Below are positions 44,044-53,600 of a DNA stretch of 57,679 nt, one piece after another (the first letter of the stretch is position 1; the number at the start of each line of letters is the position of its first letter). The notes below the pieces were generated by a model. It worked only from the letters and a program-made list of their open reading frames with translations, searched no databases and was not told the DNA's origin. The stretch lies in NCBI GenBank assembly GCA_030647265.1, contig JAUSJM010000029.1, positions 1-57,679 of the forward strand, given 5' to 3'. Position numbers and translations under genes: made by a program. This stretch comes from a bacterium. GTDB lineage: Bacteria > Patescibacteriota > Microgenomatia > Daviesbacterales > UBA10151.

Positions 44044-45201
44044 TTGGGCAACAGCTACTGTGACCCAAACTAAGATCCAGGGGTAGAAAAGGGAGTTAAC
44101 AAAGAGGCTGTGGGCTAGAAGGCCTGGGAGGGCAGAGAGTAAAATTAGTCCCCAATTGTTTTTATTTTGATAGTTTTTAAAAGCTAGGTAAATCAAGCTG
44201 AGTAAAAAGAGTCCATATGAGAGTAAACCTAGTATTCCTGTAGTGGAAGCTATAAAGAGGAGGCTGGAATCATTACCAGAACCCCCTCTGCTTTGAATAA
44301 AAGAATCTGAGGCCAGGTGATATTGCTGCAGGGCATATCTGTAGCTGTTAAAGCCCACTCCTAAGAAAGGATGACTCTCAAAAAGTTGCCTTCCCTGTTT
44401 CCAGGAGGAAACCCTGTATTCTGCTGATTGTTGTCTGTTGATATTTCTTGACTGGGCTATCGTCTGATTATAAAAGATAAGGCTGAAGATAAATCCAACA
44501 GTAAGTATCACTGCCAGAAGCCCTGTTCTCCATGATCTTTGAAGGATAGCCAGGGTAAAGAAGCTTACTCCCAGCATGATAGCAGAGCTTCTGGAAAAGG
44601 TAGTAATCAGGGCCAAGTAAGTGATAAGAAAAGCTATTTTCTTCATCTTGGATTTTAAATAAGAATTTCCCTGAATCAGAAGAAGTGTCAGGACCAGGAA
44701 AGCTCCTAAAAAGTTGGGATCTAGGAGGGTAGAAACGGTTCTCAGGTAATGGGGGTCCCATCCTTGGGTTGTTAAAAAAGAGAGGTTGGGAAGAAAGATT
44801 AGCTGAAGCAGCCCTAAGATAGCCAGAACAACTCCTGAGGAGATTAGAACAGAGGAAGTTTTGAGAGTGGGGAAAGCTCCTGAAAAAATGACCCACCCCA
44901 GCAGGATAAAAGCTAAGAATCTCAAAGTGTAAGCAAAGCTGAAGACAGTTTCCGGGAAGGTAAGCTTAAGAGGAGAGAAGATTAGAGAGATGATAGCAAT
45001 CAGGGAAAAGATCAAAGCGGTGATAATCCAAAGGGGAGGACTTTTTAGCTTGAATCTTAGTTGAACCAAAGCTAAAATATCCAGGAAAACTACCACCAAA
45101 TCCAAAAGGGTGAGACCGGAGGCTTGTCCCAGAGGGAGTTTAAAAACTTGCCCAGCAATCAGTCCCAAAAATAATAAGAAGCTGGGTAAAATTTCTATCA
45201 T
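44026..45201 (-). CDS. Wzy_C-type (O-antigen ligase / O-oligosaccharyltransferase-like) polytopic membrane protein
   Basis: About 10 TM helices, FSRSSAIMLGVSFFTLAIL (Wzy_C core) and an extracytoplasmic loop HPFLGVGFNSY. Its ATG lies 1 nt after the stop of the upstream gene. Confidence 0.7.
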   Translation of the reverse strand: MIEILPSFLLFLGLIAGQVFKLPLGQASGLTLLDLVVVFLDILALVQLRFKLKSPPLWIITALIFSLIAIISLIFSPLKLTFPETVFSFAYTLRFLAFILLGWVIFSGAFPTLKTSSVLISSGVVLAILGLLQLIFLPNLSFLTTQGWDPHYLRTVSTLLDPNFLGAFLVLTLLLIQGNSYLKSKMKKIAFLITYLALITTFSRSSAIMLGVSFFTLAILQRSWRTGLLAVILTVGFIFSLIFYNQTIAQSRNINRQQSAEYRVSSWKQGRQLFESHPFLGVGFNSYRYALQQYHLASDSFIQSRGGSGNDSSLLFIASTTGILGLLSYGLFLLSLIYLAFKNYQNKNNWGLILLSALPGLLAHSLFVNSLFYPWILVWVTVAVAQLDSRL

Positions 45202-45202
45202 C

Positions 45203-45985
45203 TTAGGGGGTAGGTGTAGGAGTGGGGGATTGATAAACTACTTTTCTGGTGATTTGAGTACTATTTCCCGCTGCATCTGTCGCTATAACCACAATATCAT
45301 TATCCCCGTCATTTAAATTAACAGTTTGAGAAAAACTTCCACCGGAATTAACAATCACCCTGTTACTGTTAATGGTCACGGTAATCTCTTTACTGGCATC
45401 AACACTACCGGAGACGGTAACCTTTTTATCACCGCCATTAATAGTTTGATTATCCTGAGGCTCTTTTAAATCAAGCTGGGGTTTTTCACTTTCATAAGTT
45501 ATATGAATAGCCGGAGAAGATAAACTTTTATTACCCTGATCATCAACAGTTTTTCCAAAGATATTGTTGGTGCCAAGGTTAAGAAAAATTTCATCGGAAG
45601 TAAAGCTACCATCGTCGGAGGCTGTAGTGGTATTTTGGAGATTATCATCAATATAGATCTCCACTTTAGACTTAGGGACAGCATAGCCATGAACTTTAAT
45701 AGTGGCAGAGTTGGTAGCTTCGAAGGGAATGTTCAGGACCGGGGGGGCTAGGGTAGCGTTGTCAGAAACGGATTGTTGGGGAACAGGGGAAGATTTAAAC
45801 CTGTTAAGAAAGGTTAACCCCCCGATAAAGTTGGGCAGAAACCAGGTAAAAAGAAAATAAGTTAAAAAAGAAACCAAAAGAATTACTACATAAAGTTTTT
45901 TCTTAGCCCGTTTTTCCTTATTCCTGAAAGAAAATGGTCTATTCGAAGAAAAGCTTTGCTTATATTGTTGTTTGTACTTTTTCAT
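45203..45985 (-). CDS. membrane-anchored Ig-like (Big-type) domain protein with a TPTPTP tail
   Basis: Lys-rich N-terminus plus a TM helix (LYVVILLVSFLTYFLFTWF). It has two Ig-like modules (..ATIKVHGYAVPKSKVEIYIDD.., ..VTVSGSVDASKEITVTINSN..VVIATDAAGNST). Confidence 0.6.
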   Translation of the reverse strand: MKKYKQQYKQSFSSNRPFSFRNKEKRAKKKLYVVILLVSFLTYFLFTWFLPNFIGGLTFLNRFKSSPVPQQSVSDNATLAPPVLNIPFEATNSATIKVHGYAVPKSKVEIYIDDNLQNTTTASDDGSFTSDEIFLNLGTNNIFGKTVDDQGNKSLSSPAIHITYESEKPQLDLKEPQDNQTINGGDKKVTVSGSVDASKEITVTINSNRVIVNSGGSFSQTVNLNDGDNDIVVIATDAAGNSTQITRKVVYQSPTPTPTP

Positions 45986-46028
45986 AATTTGAGCGAAGCG
46001 AAAATTTCAAGCTTTGCTTATAATTTAG

Positions 46029-46100
46029 AGCCGGTGGACGGAATCGGACCGTCGCTCTTGCGCTTACGAAGCACCTGCTTTGCCACTAAGCTACACCGGC
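46029..46100 (-). tRNA. tRNA-Thr (anticodon CGT) with a non-canonical T-loop
   Basis: Hand-folded: acceptor GCCGGTG/CACCGGC, D arm GCTT-AGTGGCA-AAGC, anticodon arm GGTGC-TTCGTAA-GCGCA (one G.A), variable AGAGC, T arm GACGG-TCCGATT-CCGTC, discriminator T. No encoded CCA. Confidence 0.85.
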
Positions 46101-46117
46101 TTCTAGGTTGTATTTTA

Positions 46118-46708
46118 TCAGTTCTGCTCTAGTTTTCCCAACACCAGCAGCCTCTTTAAAGTAGTGCCGGGCGGCCAGCAGGTCATAAGGGTGATTACCG
46201 GTTCTGAACCTTTGTTGTTAAGATAAGAGACTTCAGAGGGGTCAACCAACTTTTTCTCAGTGACAACATAGGTAAACTTCTGTTTTTGGTAGAAAAGGTC
46301 AATTTCATCTCCTGCTTCTAACCTGTGGAGAAGGTAAAAAATGGAATTATACCTATTAGCCTCAAAGAAGTTGGCGGAAGAATGGGCAAAGATAAAAATA
46401 TTTCCTGTCTCTCCCGGTAGAGCTGTTCCCTTAGCCTGAGCCACTCCCTTGCTTAAAGCTATTTGGTATTCCCTCTCATTGTAAGGGTCAACTCCGGGAA
46501 TCACCTTGGCATTAGCCCTAATTTTAGGGATAACGATACCAAACTCTTCATCTACAGGCTGGATGGTCTGGGAATTAGGAGAAACAGGGGCAGTGGCAAA
46601 GCTTAACTCTTCTTTTAAAGGTGAGTAGAAAGTGAGCCCCAAAATAGTCGAGGCAGCAGCAAGGAGGATCAAACCGGAAATGATCAGAAGGTTAGGAAGT
46701 TTAGGCAT
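46118..46708 (-). CDS. sortase-family transpeptidase
   Basis: N-terminal TM anchor, catalytic His (IFIFAHSS), the TLxTC motif (ITLMTCWPPG) and a downstream Arg (LKRLLVLG). Confidence 0.85.
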   Translation of the reverse strand: MPKLPNLLIISGLILLAAASTILGLTFYSPLKEELSFATAPVSPNSQTIQPVDEEFGIVIPKIRANAKVIPGVDPYNEREYQIALSKGVAQAKGTALPGETGNIFIFAHSSANFFEANRYNSIFYLLHRLEAGDEIDLFYQKQKFTYVVTEKKLVDPSEVSYLNNKGSEPVITLMTCWPPGTTLKRLLVLGKLEQN

Positions 46709-46709
46709 G

Positions 46710-47663
46710 CTACTTCCGGGACTTTTGGTAGCGGTAAAAGGCTCCCAAAATCAGCAAGATTCCTAAAGCAATAAGAATGTTATTCAAACTAAAGAGGCTT
46801 CTCCTTCCATTACTTGGGCTTCCCTGAGGGATGTCTTGACCCGAGTCTGAGGCATTCTCTCCCAGAGTTTTTCCCTCACTGCTTTTAGTGGCTTCCTCTC
46901 CCAGGATTTCCCCTTGGGAAAGGGAGGATTCACTAATAGGAATTGCTCCTGCTCCCGGGGTAGGGGTAGTGTTGACAACTGTCGTGGTAACTATTTTAGT
47001 CTCACTGTCTCCGATGATCCCTGAGCCGTTTCCAGCCCCGTCAAAGGCCCTGATAGCAAAGTAATAGGTTTTGCCACATTCTCCGTCAACCAAGCTCGAT
47101 CCTTCCTGGTTAGAACCGATCCACACTGTGGCTACCCTGGTACTCCCGTCGGCAGTAAAGTTAGTGTTTTCCGAACGGTAAACTTCAACTTTGGATGTTT
47201 TGCCCCCATCATCAGCAGTTTTAAACTTAATTTTATACTGGCAGGCAGTTTGTTCTTTGCTGTAGCTAACAGGAGTGTCTGGACCGCTGGTTTTGTATTC
47301 TACAGTCACCTCTTTCTGGGCATCTTCTGAACCATCTGTAGCTTTGACTTGGAAGATGTAGCTTCCTTCTGCTGATAAAATTGATGAATCTACCTGGCAG
47401 CTGTCAGTATCCCCTCCTGCTATTAAGTTGATATCAGAACCAAACTGAGTAAAATCACTGTCAGAGGGCCCTTTCTTATAGCATTTGACGGTAATGGGGT
47501 TGTTTTGGAGATCCAAGGCTACAAAGGTGATATTAAAGCTGCTTTGATTAGTGGGGGTTTTAGGTTGTTCCACTCTCAAGGAAAGGTTGGCAGCATAAGC
47601 CAGCTGAGTGATAAACAGAGAGGCAAAAAGTAGGGAAATGGTTTCTATAAATCTTTTAAGCAT
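46710..47663 (-). CDS. secreted FN3/Ig-like domain protein with a C-terminal anchor or sorting-signal-like tail
   Basis: Signal peptide ..ITQLAYA. FN3-like YYFAIRAFDGAGNGSG. The tail is SPSNG-RRS-LFSLNNILIALGILLILGAF-YRYQKSRK. It overlaps the giant gene by 8 nt. Confidence 0.65.
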   Translation of the reverse strand: MLKRFIETISLLFASLFITQLAYAANLSLRVEQPKTPTNQSSFNITFVALDLQNNPITVKCYKKGPSDSDFTQFGSDINLIAGGDTDSCQVDSSILSAEGSYIFQVKATDGSEDAQKEVTVEYKTSGPDTPVSYSKEQTACQYKIKFKTADDGGKTSKVEVYRSENTNFTADGSTRVATVWIGSNQEGSSLVDGECGKTYYFAIRAFDGAGNGSGIIGDSETKIVTTTVVNTTPTPGAGAIPISESSLSQGEILGEEATKSSEGKTLGENASDSGQDIPQGSPSNGRRSLFSLNNILIALGILLILGAFYRYQKSRK

Positions 47664-50600
47664 TTCTCCTCCTTAAAACTAATCCATAGCTGAATAATCC
47701 AATTCCTGATATTAATAAAAGGGAAGCTAAGGCTACCCAGACAGTTTGGGCTCCACTGGAAGGTAGGGCAATGGAGGCTCCCAGGACTTCCTCTTGCTTT
47801 TCATTGATAACATTAAAACCGGTACTGCCGCTTGAATTTAAAGCTACATTAACATCTGTACTAACAAAGTAAGCTGGGTCTGATTCAATATTAGCGTATG
47901 TTGTATCGCCTGTAGCAGTACCTTGAGCCCAGGCCAAATCTTTATACAGCCCCGGGTCTACACTTGTATCAATATCAGCAATATAAGTTAAGGTAATAGT
48001 CTCACCTGTCTGCATATCACCTAAATTCCAGATTCCGGGTGAGGCATAAGTTGGCTCTGAAACTACCAAACCTAGATTAAGGTTGGAGCTTGCTGTCCAT
48101 GAACCCAATCGGTATTTAAAACCTGCCGGCGGCAGATCAATTAAGGAAACATTTTCTAAAGGACTGCCTGTCAGTGTTAAGGTTAAAGTATAAAGCACAC
48201 TTGATCCTGCTGACACATCTACTCCTGTTTTGTTGTTTGCTTTGGTTAAAGTTAAAACAGGCGGCAGTACCTGATTTTCAAAGGTACAGGTGGTTTCTGA
48301 GCCGTTTCTGACACTAATTTCTATTGAATTGGTGGTACCTGTTTGTTCATTCTCTTCCCCTTGGAAACAGGACCAGCCCAAAAGCTTGTAACCTGCCTGC
48401 TCATCTTCTGAAATTGTGTAAGAACCTCTTGCCAAGCTTTTATCCCCTCCCATTGGGATATTTTGATCACCATCTGCTATATCATATGTCCAACCCTGGG
48501 CATTTCTGACATCTCCCTCATCATCAGTATCCCCATCACCATTATTATCAATATTCTTTAAAATTGTAATGGAACCATCATTTTGAGTATTGATAAAAGT
48601 ACAATTAACTGTTTCATCCTTGCCTACTTCTATGCCATCAACGCTGTCTGTTCCGTCATATGTTCCCCGTGAGGATTCTTCTCCTGCAGAGCAGGATGCT
48701 GAAACAATATGATAGCCCTCCTTGCTTCCTTCAACAGCCGTATACTCACCTGTTTTAATATTGCCTGTTTCAGTATTCCCATTTTCATCTGTTGTTGGCA
48801 GGGAAGGATTACTGGTATCTTGCCCTGTTCCGTCAACATCCATTACCCAGTCCGCTCCCGGGATCCTGTCATCAGTTGTTTGCAGATCTCCATCCTCATC
48901 TATAAGTTTTTGAATGATTATTCTTCCTGTATCACGAGAGTTACAAAGAGTAATCGAACTCTGATTATCTGTTGAAACATTGATGGACTCGGGCAAGGTT
49001 TCTTCTTCCGGTTCATCACAACTTCCGAAATCGCTGTTATTGTCATACCAACCTGTGAAAGTATAGCCTGCTATATCGTTTTCAGATACAGAATAAGATC
49101 CTGTTGGTAAAGGATCGGCAACTGATCCCATCAGATGCTCCGGTGTTTCACTGTCTATTCCCCACCTGAAACCAAGATCATTGGCTTGATCATTTCCACC
49201 ATCAAACTCGCCATCCCCGTCAATATCCACCTCTTTATTAACCTGTAAAGAACCTGTATCACGGGTATTGGTAAATGTACAAACCAAACTATCACCAGGG
49301 TCAATTGCAATTTCCTGGCTTTCAGTTTCACCGTACTCAGTTTCGCCGCATATAAGACCCGTCACATGATAGTTCTCCTGCTGCTGTTCGGAAATTGTAT
49401 AAGTACCTGCAGCCACTTCCTGTGTTGAGCCTGTTTGGAAGCTACCGGCAGAATCTATATCATAAAACCAATCTGTTGCGTCTGATACATCCACAGTCCC
49501 GTCTCCATCACTATCAACATCCTTTTTCACGGTAATCGTTCCCCGTCCTTGGTTTCCAAAATCCCGACCAGTAATTTCTGTACCAGATCCAATTGTTAAA
49601 ATATATGTGCCGTTTGCCTGGCGACCCAAGCCCCCGTAAGTGGCATCCGGTCTGGTTTGAGTCCAACCTGTTTGTGTGACTTCGCTGACTATATAAATTC
49701 CGGGCTCCAAGCCATTAAAAGCATAATTACCGGAGTCATTCGTTATAATTACACAAAGTTCTCCAACTATGGTTCCACTGCAAACAGGCGGGTTAATGTC
49801 ATTTTGTCTATCCAGTGTAATAGTCCATCCCGGTAGATTAGGATCCGTAGTAGTATTATCTCTTTGGTGATCACCATTTAAGTCATTAAACTTTTTACCA
49901 GAAATTTTGCCTGGTTGATCATCATTGGTAATTGAACAGGTTTTTTCATCCCCAACACCTAGTGTGATAGTGCCATCGGTTGCACAATCTGTACCCCAAT
50001 CAGAAGCAGTATAACCGGAAGCGGTTGACTCAGAAACAGTAAAAGATCCTGCTGTTAAAGTATGGGTGCCCCATGATGAAAGTCCTCCATCAATATAAAC
50101 ATTAAAGTCATCCTGGGTAGCTGTTCCTCCATTATCATTAGGAAGATATTTTACCAAGGTTAGGGTTGGAGCAACATCATCATTTGTGATTGTACAAGTA
50201 ACATTTTCAGCCAAATTTAATGTGATTATATTTTCATTCTGATCTCCCCCATCACAATTCCAATCGCCTTCTGTATAGCCATCTGGACCAGATTCAGAAA
50301 GATTATATTCAAAATTGGCTGTGACAGGATGAAAAGTCGAAGAATTGCCGCTATCACTAAAGCCGTTACTGTCACCATCAGCGGTTAATATCCATGCAGA
50401 AGGGGTGGCTGTACCACCATCGTCATTGGTGACTAGTTTAACTAACTTAAGAGTTGGAGCTATATCACTATTGGTAATCTCACAAGAAACAACGTCCCCA
50501 AGACCAATATTAACAGAAGAACCTGATACAGATGCTCCACCATTTTTTACACAACTCCACGAAGAATCAGAATAGCCAGTTAGTCCATCTTCAGAAAGAG

Positions 50601-53600
50601 CATAAGTTCCTGCGCTAAATGTAGAATCACTGGTAACCCCACCTAATCCAGAAATAGTAGTCAGTCCAGTGGCTGTCAGAGTCCAATCACCTGCTGAAGC
50701 AAGACCTCCATAGCTGTTATCTACAATTTTGGTTAATGTTAAAGATGGAGCAATGTCATCATTTGTAATTGTACAAGTTTTATTATCACCTGGTGCTAAA
50801 GTAATAGACCCATCAGGTGCACAATCTTCGCCCCAATCTGAAGCAGAGTAACCTATAGCAGCGCTTTCAGAAGCAATGTGAGCTCCAGCACTTAATGTTT
50901 TAGCTGCACCACTGGAGGTCGCTACACCATCAATCCTTAGGTTAAAGTCATTAGCATCTAATGTTCCCCCGTTGTCATTAATAACTGTTTTTACCAAGGT
51001 TAAAGATGGAGCAATGTCATCATTAGTCACAGTACAAGTTTTAGTTTCACCTAAAGCAATAGTTCCTGAGCAATCGGTAGAATAATTCGGAGCATAACCA
51101 GAAGAGCCAACTTCAGTTACAGAATATGTTCCTGGTTCAACTACAGTATCAGTACCAGGAGTATCCTCACCGCTAAAAGATCCTCCTCCCACAACTCCAC
51201 TAATTGTCATTGTAAAATCGGAAGAGTTAGCAGTACCATCATCATCATTTACTACATGCTTAATAACTTTAAGGTGGGCGGGTTTGTCGTTGTTGGTAAT
51301 AGTACAGGTCTGAGTACCGCTATTTGATACTACAACCCCAGTGCAGTTATCATATGAGGTGTCATAACCAGCCACAGTAGGCTCAGTTACTGTATAAGTT
51401 CCAGCATCTACAGTTAAATCATTCTGCCCATCAGCTTCAAAATTAGTAGCAGTACCACTGTTAACCTGGAATGAGAAATCTTGAGCCTCCAAAGTCCCAC
51501 CATTATCATTTAAAACCACTTTTTTAACTATTAAAGTTCCTTGCTGATCATCATTAGTTATAGAACAAACTGTGCTTTGTCCAAGAGCTATGGTGATCTC
51601 ACTGCTGCCATTAACTGTCACACCATTGGTACAAGACCAAACACTTGCTGTATATCCAGAAGGTCCAGCTGATTCAGACAAAGTATAAGTACCCGCATCA
51701 AAGGAAGCATCGCTTACAACATCAGCAGAGCCTGCAGCTCCTGGCCCAGAAATTGATGTTGGACCAGTCGCAGTTAAGGTCCATTCTGATTCTGCAGCTG
51801 AACCACCGTTATTATTTGTCACAATCTTATCTAGTGTTAACGAAGGAGCATTATCATTATTAGTAATAGTACAAGTAGCTGATTGGCCAAGACCCAGGGT
51901 TATTGTATCCCCTTCTTGAGTTCCACCTTCACAATCCCAAGCTGAAGCAGTATAACCAGAAGGTCCAGACTCACCCAAAGCATAGGTGTCTGCTTTAAAG
52001 CTTAAACCGCTATCAACTGGTGTAGTTCCGCTCAGACTTGTGGGTTCGGATAATGCGCCTGTTGCAGTTAAAGTCCAATCTGCTTCTGAAGCTGTTCCTC
52101 CATTATCCTTAGTTAATGTTTTTCTCAAATGCAGAGAAGGAGCATTATCATTATTGGTAATAGTACAAGTGGCTGAACCTCCATTAGTGATTACGAGATC
52201 AGAACAGTTATCATAGGAAGTGCTATAACCAGTAACAGCTGGTTCGGTTACATTATAAGTTCCGGCATCAACAGTTAGATCGTTTTGTCCATCTGATTCG
52301 AAAGATTGTGCAACGCCTGTGTTAACCGAGAATGAAAAGTCTGAAGCAACTTTTGTTCCACCATTGTTATTAGTAACAACCTTTTTAATAATTAAAGTTC
52401 CTGCCTTGTCATTATTTGTAACCGTACAGGTTTTAGTTTGGCCAAGGGTAATTGTGCCACTGCAGTCAGTTGAATAAGTAGCAGTATAACCGGAATCTGA
52501 ATCCTCACTAACGCTATATGAACCGGGCTCTAGGGTTACTGTAGTCCCGGGAATACCTACACCTGGGAAAGAAGGATTGCTCACATTAGTTCCAGTAATA
52601 TTTATTGTGAAATTTGAAGCTGTCTTTAGGCCACCATTATCATTTGTAACCTGCTTTATAACTGTTAAGGTTGTTTGTTGTTGTCTATTTGTAACATACA
52701 CATGGGTTGTTTGGTTTGCAGTAACTGTTACGGAGAGACCGCTTACATTACCTGAGCCACCCTGAGTTGCGCTAATGCCATAAATACTGTAACCCGAAGG
52801 AAGAGTACCTTCAGTAACTGTATGGCTACCTGCTGTAATATTGCTGTATGTCACTGTTCCGCCATCAGTGAAAGTTTGTGAATTAGCTCCATCCAGCTCT
52901 GCTGTAAAATTCTGAGAGATATCTGTTATATCTTCACCGCTAGGACCCTGAACATCTTTATGAACTACGATTGTTCCCTGTTGAAGGCTATCGTTAAACG
53001 TGCAGGCAATATCGTCTCCTGCATCAACTACAATACCTGTCATAGAATTCCCACTTATAGTACCCACGGAACTTCCACCATTATCCACACATGAAGCACT
53101 ATCCAAACTCCAACCGCTTGGTACTGTTTCAGAAATAGAATATGTTCCGTTCTCTACACTGTAACGCTGGCTTGTTCCGCTTCCGTTAATGGAAAAAGTG
53201 TAGTTACTTGTACCGCTTATACCAAAATTAAAGGTTGTACCATCATTTGGGGTAGCTACTTTAGTAACAGTAATAAATCCTCCTGTTGGTTCACCTACAC
53301 AATCTGAAGGATCAGAATTTGGCTGTCCTGAGGGGAAGGAACATAAATTAAGTAAAACATATTGGGTGCTTCCGAAATTGCTCGGATTTAAAGCACAAGT
53401 CCCGACTGTATCTTGAGGGTAAGCTGTACCAGCGGAAAAAGGATCTTCATTTGCCTGTGCAGCACTACAAGAGGTTCCAGAGGCAGAAATTGAATTTGCC
53501 GGCTGACCGCATCTGTCTGACTTTGTATCTCCACAGGAGTAGAGAGTGAAGCTGCTAAACTCCATTAAATCAGTTGTAGAGTTCGGCAAAAGACTGTTAC

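Noticed and set aside
45986-46028. Hairpin AGCGAAGC/GCTTTGCT between tRNA-Thr and the Ig-like gene as a terminator
   Set aside because: It has an 11-nt loop, one G.U pair and no U-tract on the transcribed (minus) strand. It could be a processing site, but the evidence is too weak to call.
46029-46100. The idea that tRNA-Thr(CGT) sits in the adhesin operon to supply Thr codons for the Thr-rich giant protein
   Set aside because: This anticodon reads ACG. Reading the gene on the plus strand, Thr codons appear overwhelmingly as agt/tgt/ggt (ACT/ACA/ACC) and rarely as cgt (ACG). No codon-supply logic is supported.
48324-52765. Several 61-88-aa plus-strand ORFs inside the giant adhesin gene
   Set aside because: All are antisense to a 6.9-kb uninterrupted ORF with clear domain structure. 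They are short, low-complexity and have no start signals.
49920-53290. The periodic repeats of about 280 nt as a possible CRISPR array or satellite
   Set aside because: The period is far longer than a CRISPR repeat-spacer unit. The repeats are imperfect except at domain junctions and stay in frame within one ORF that encodes recognisable beta-sandwich domains. No cas genes are present.
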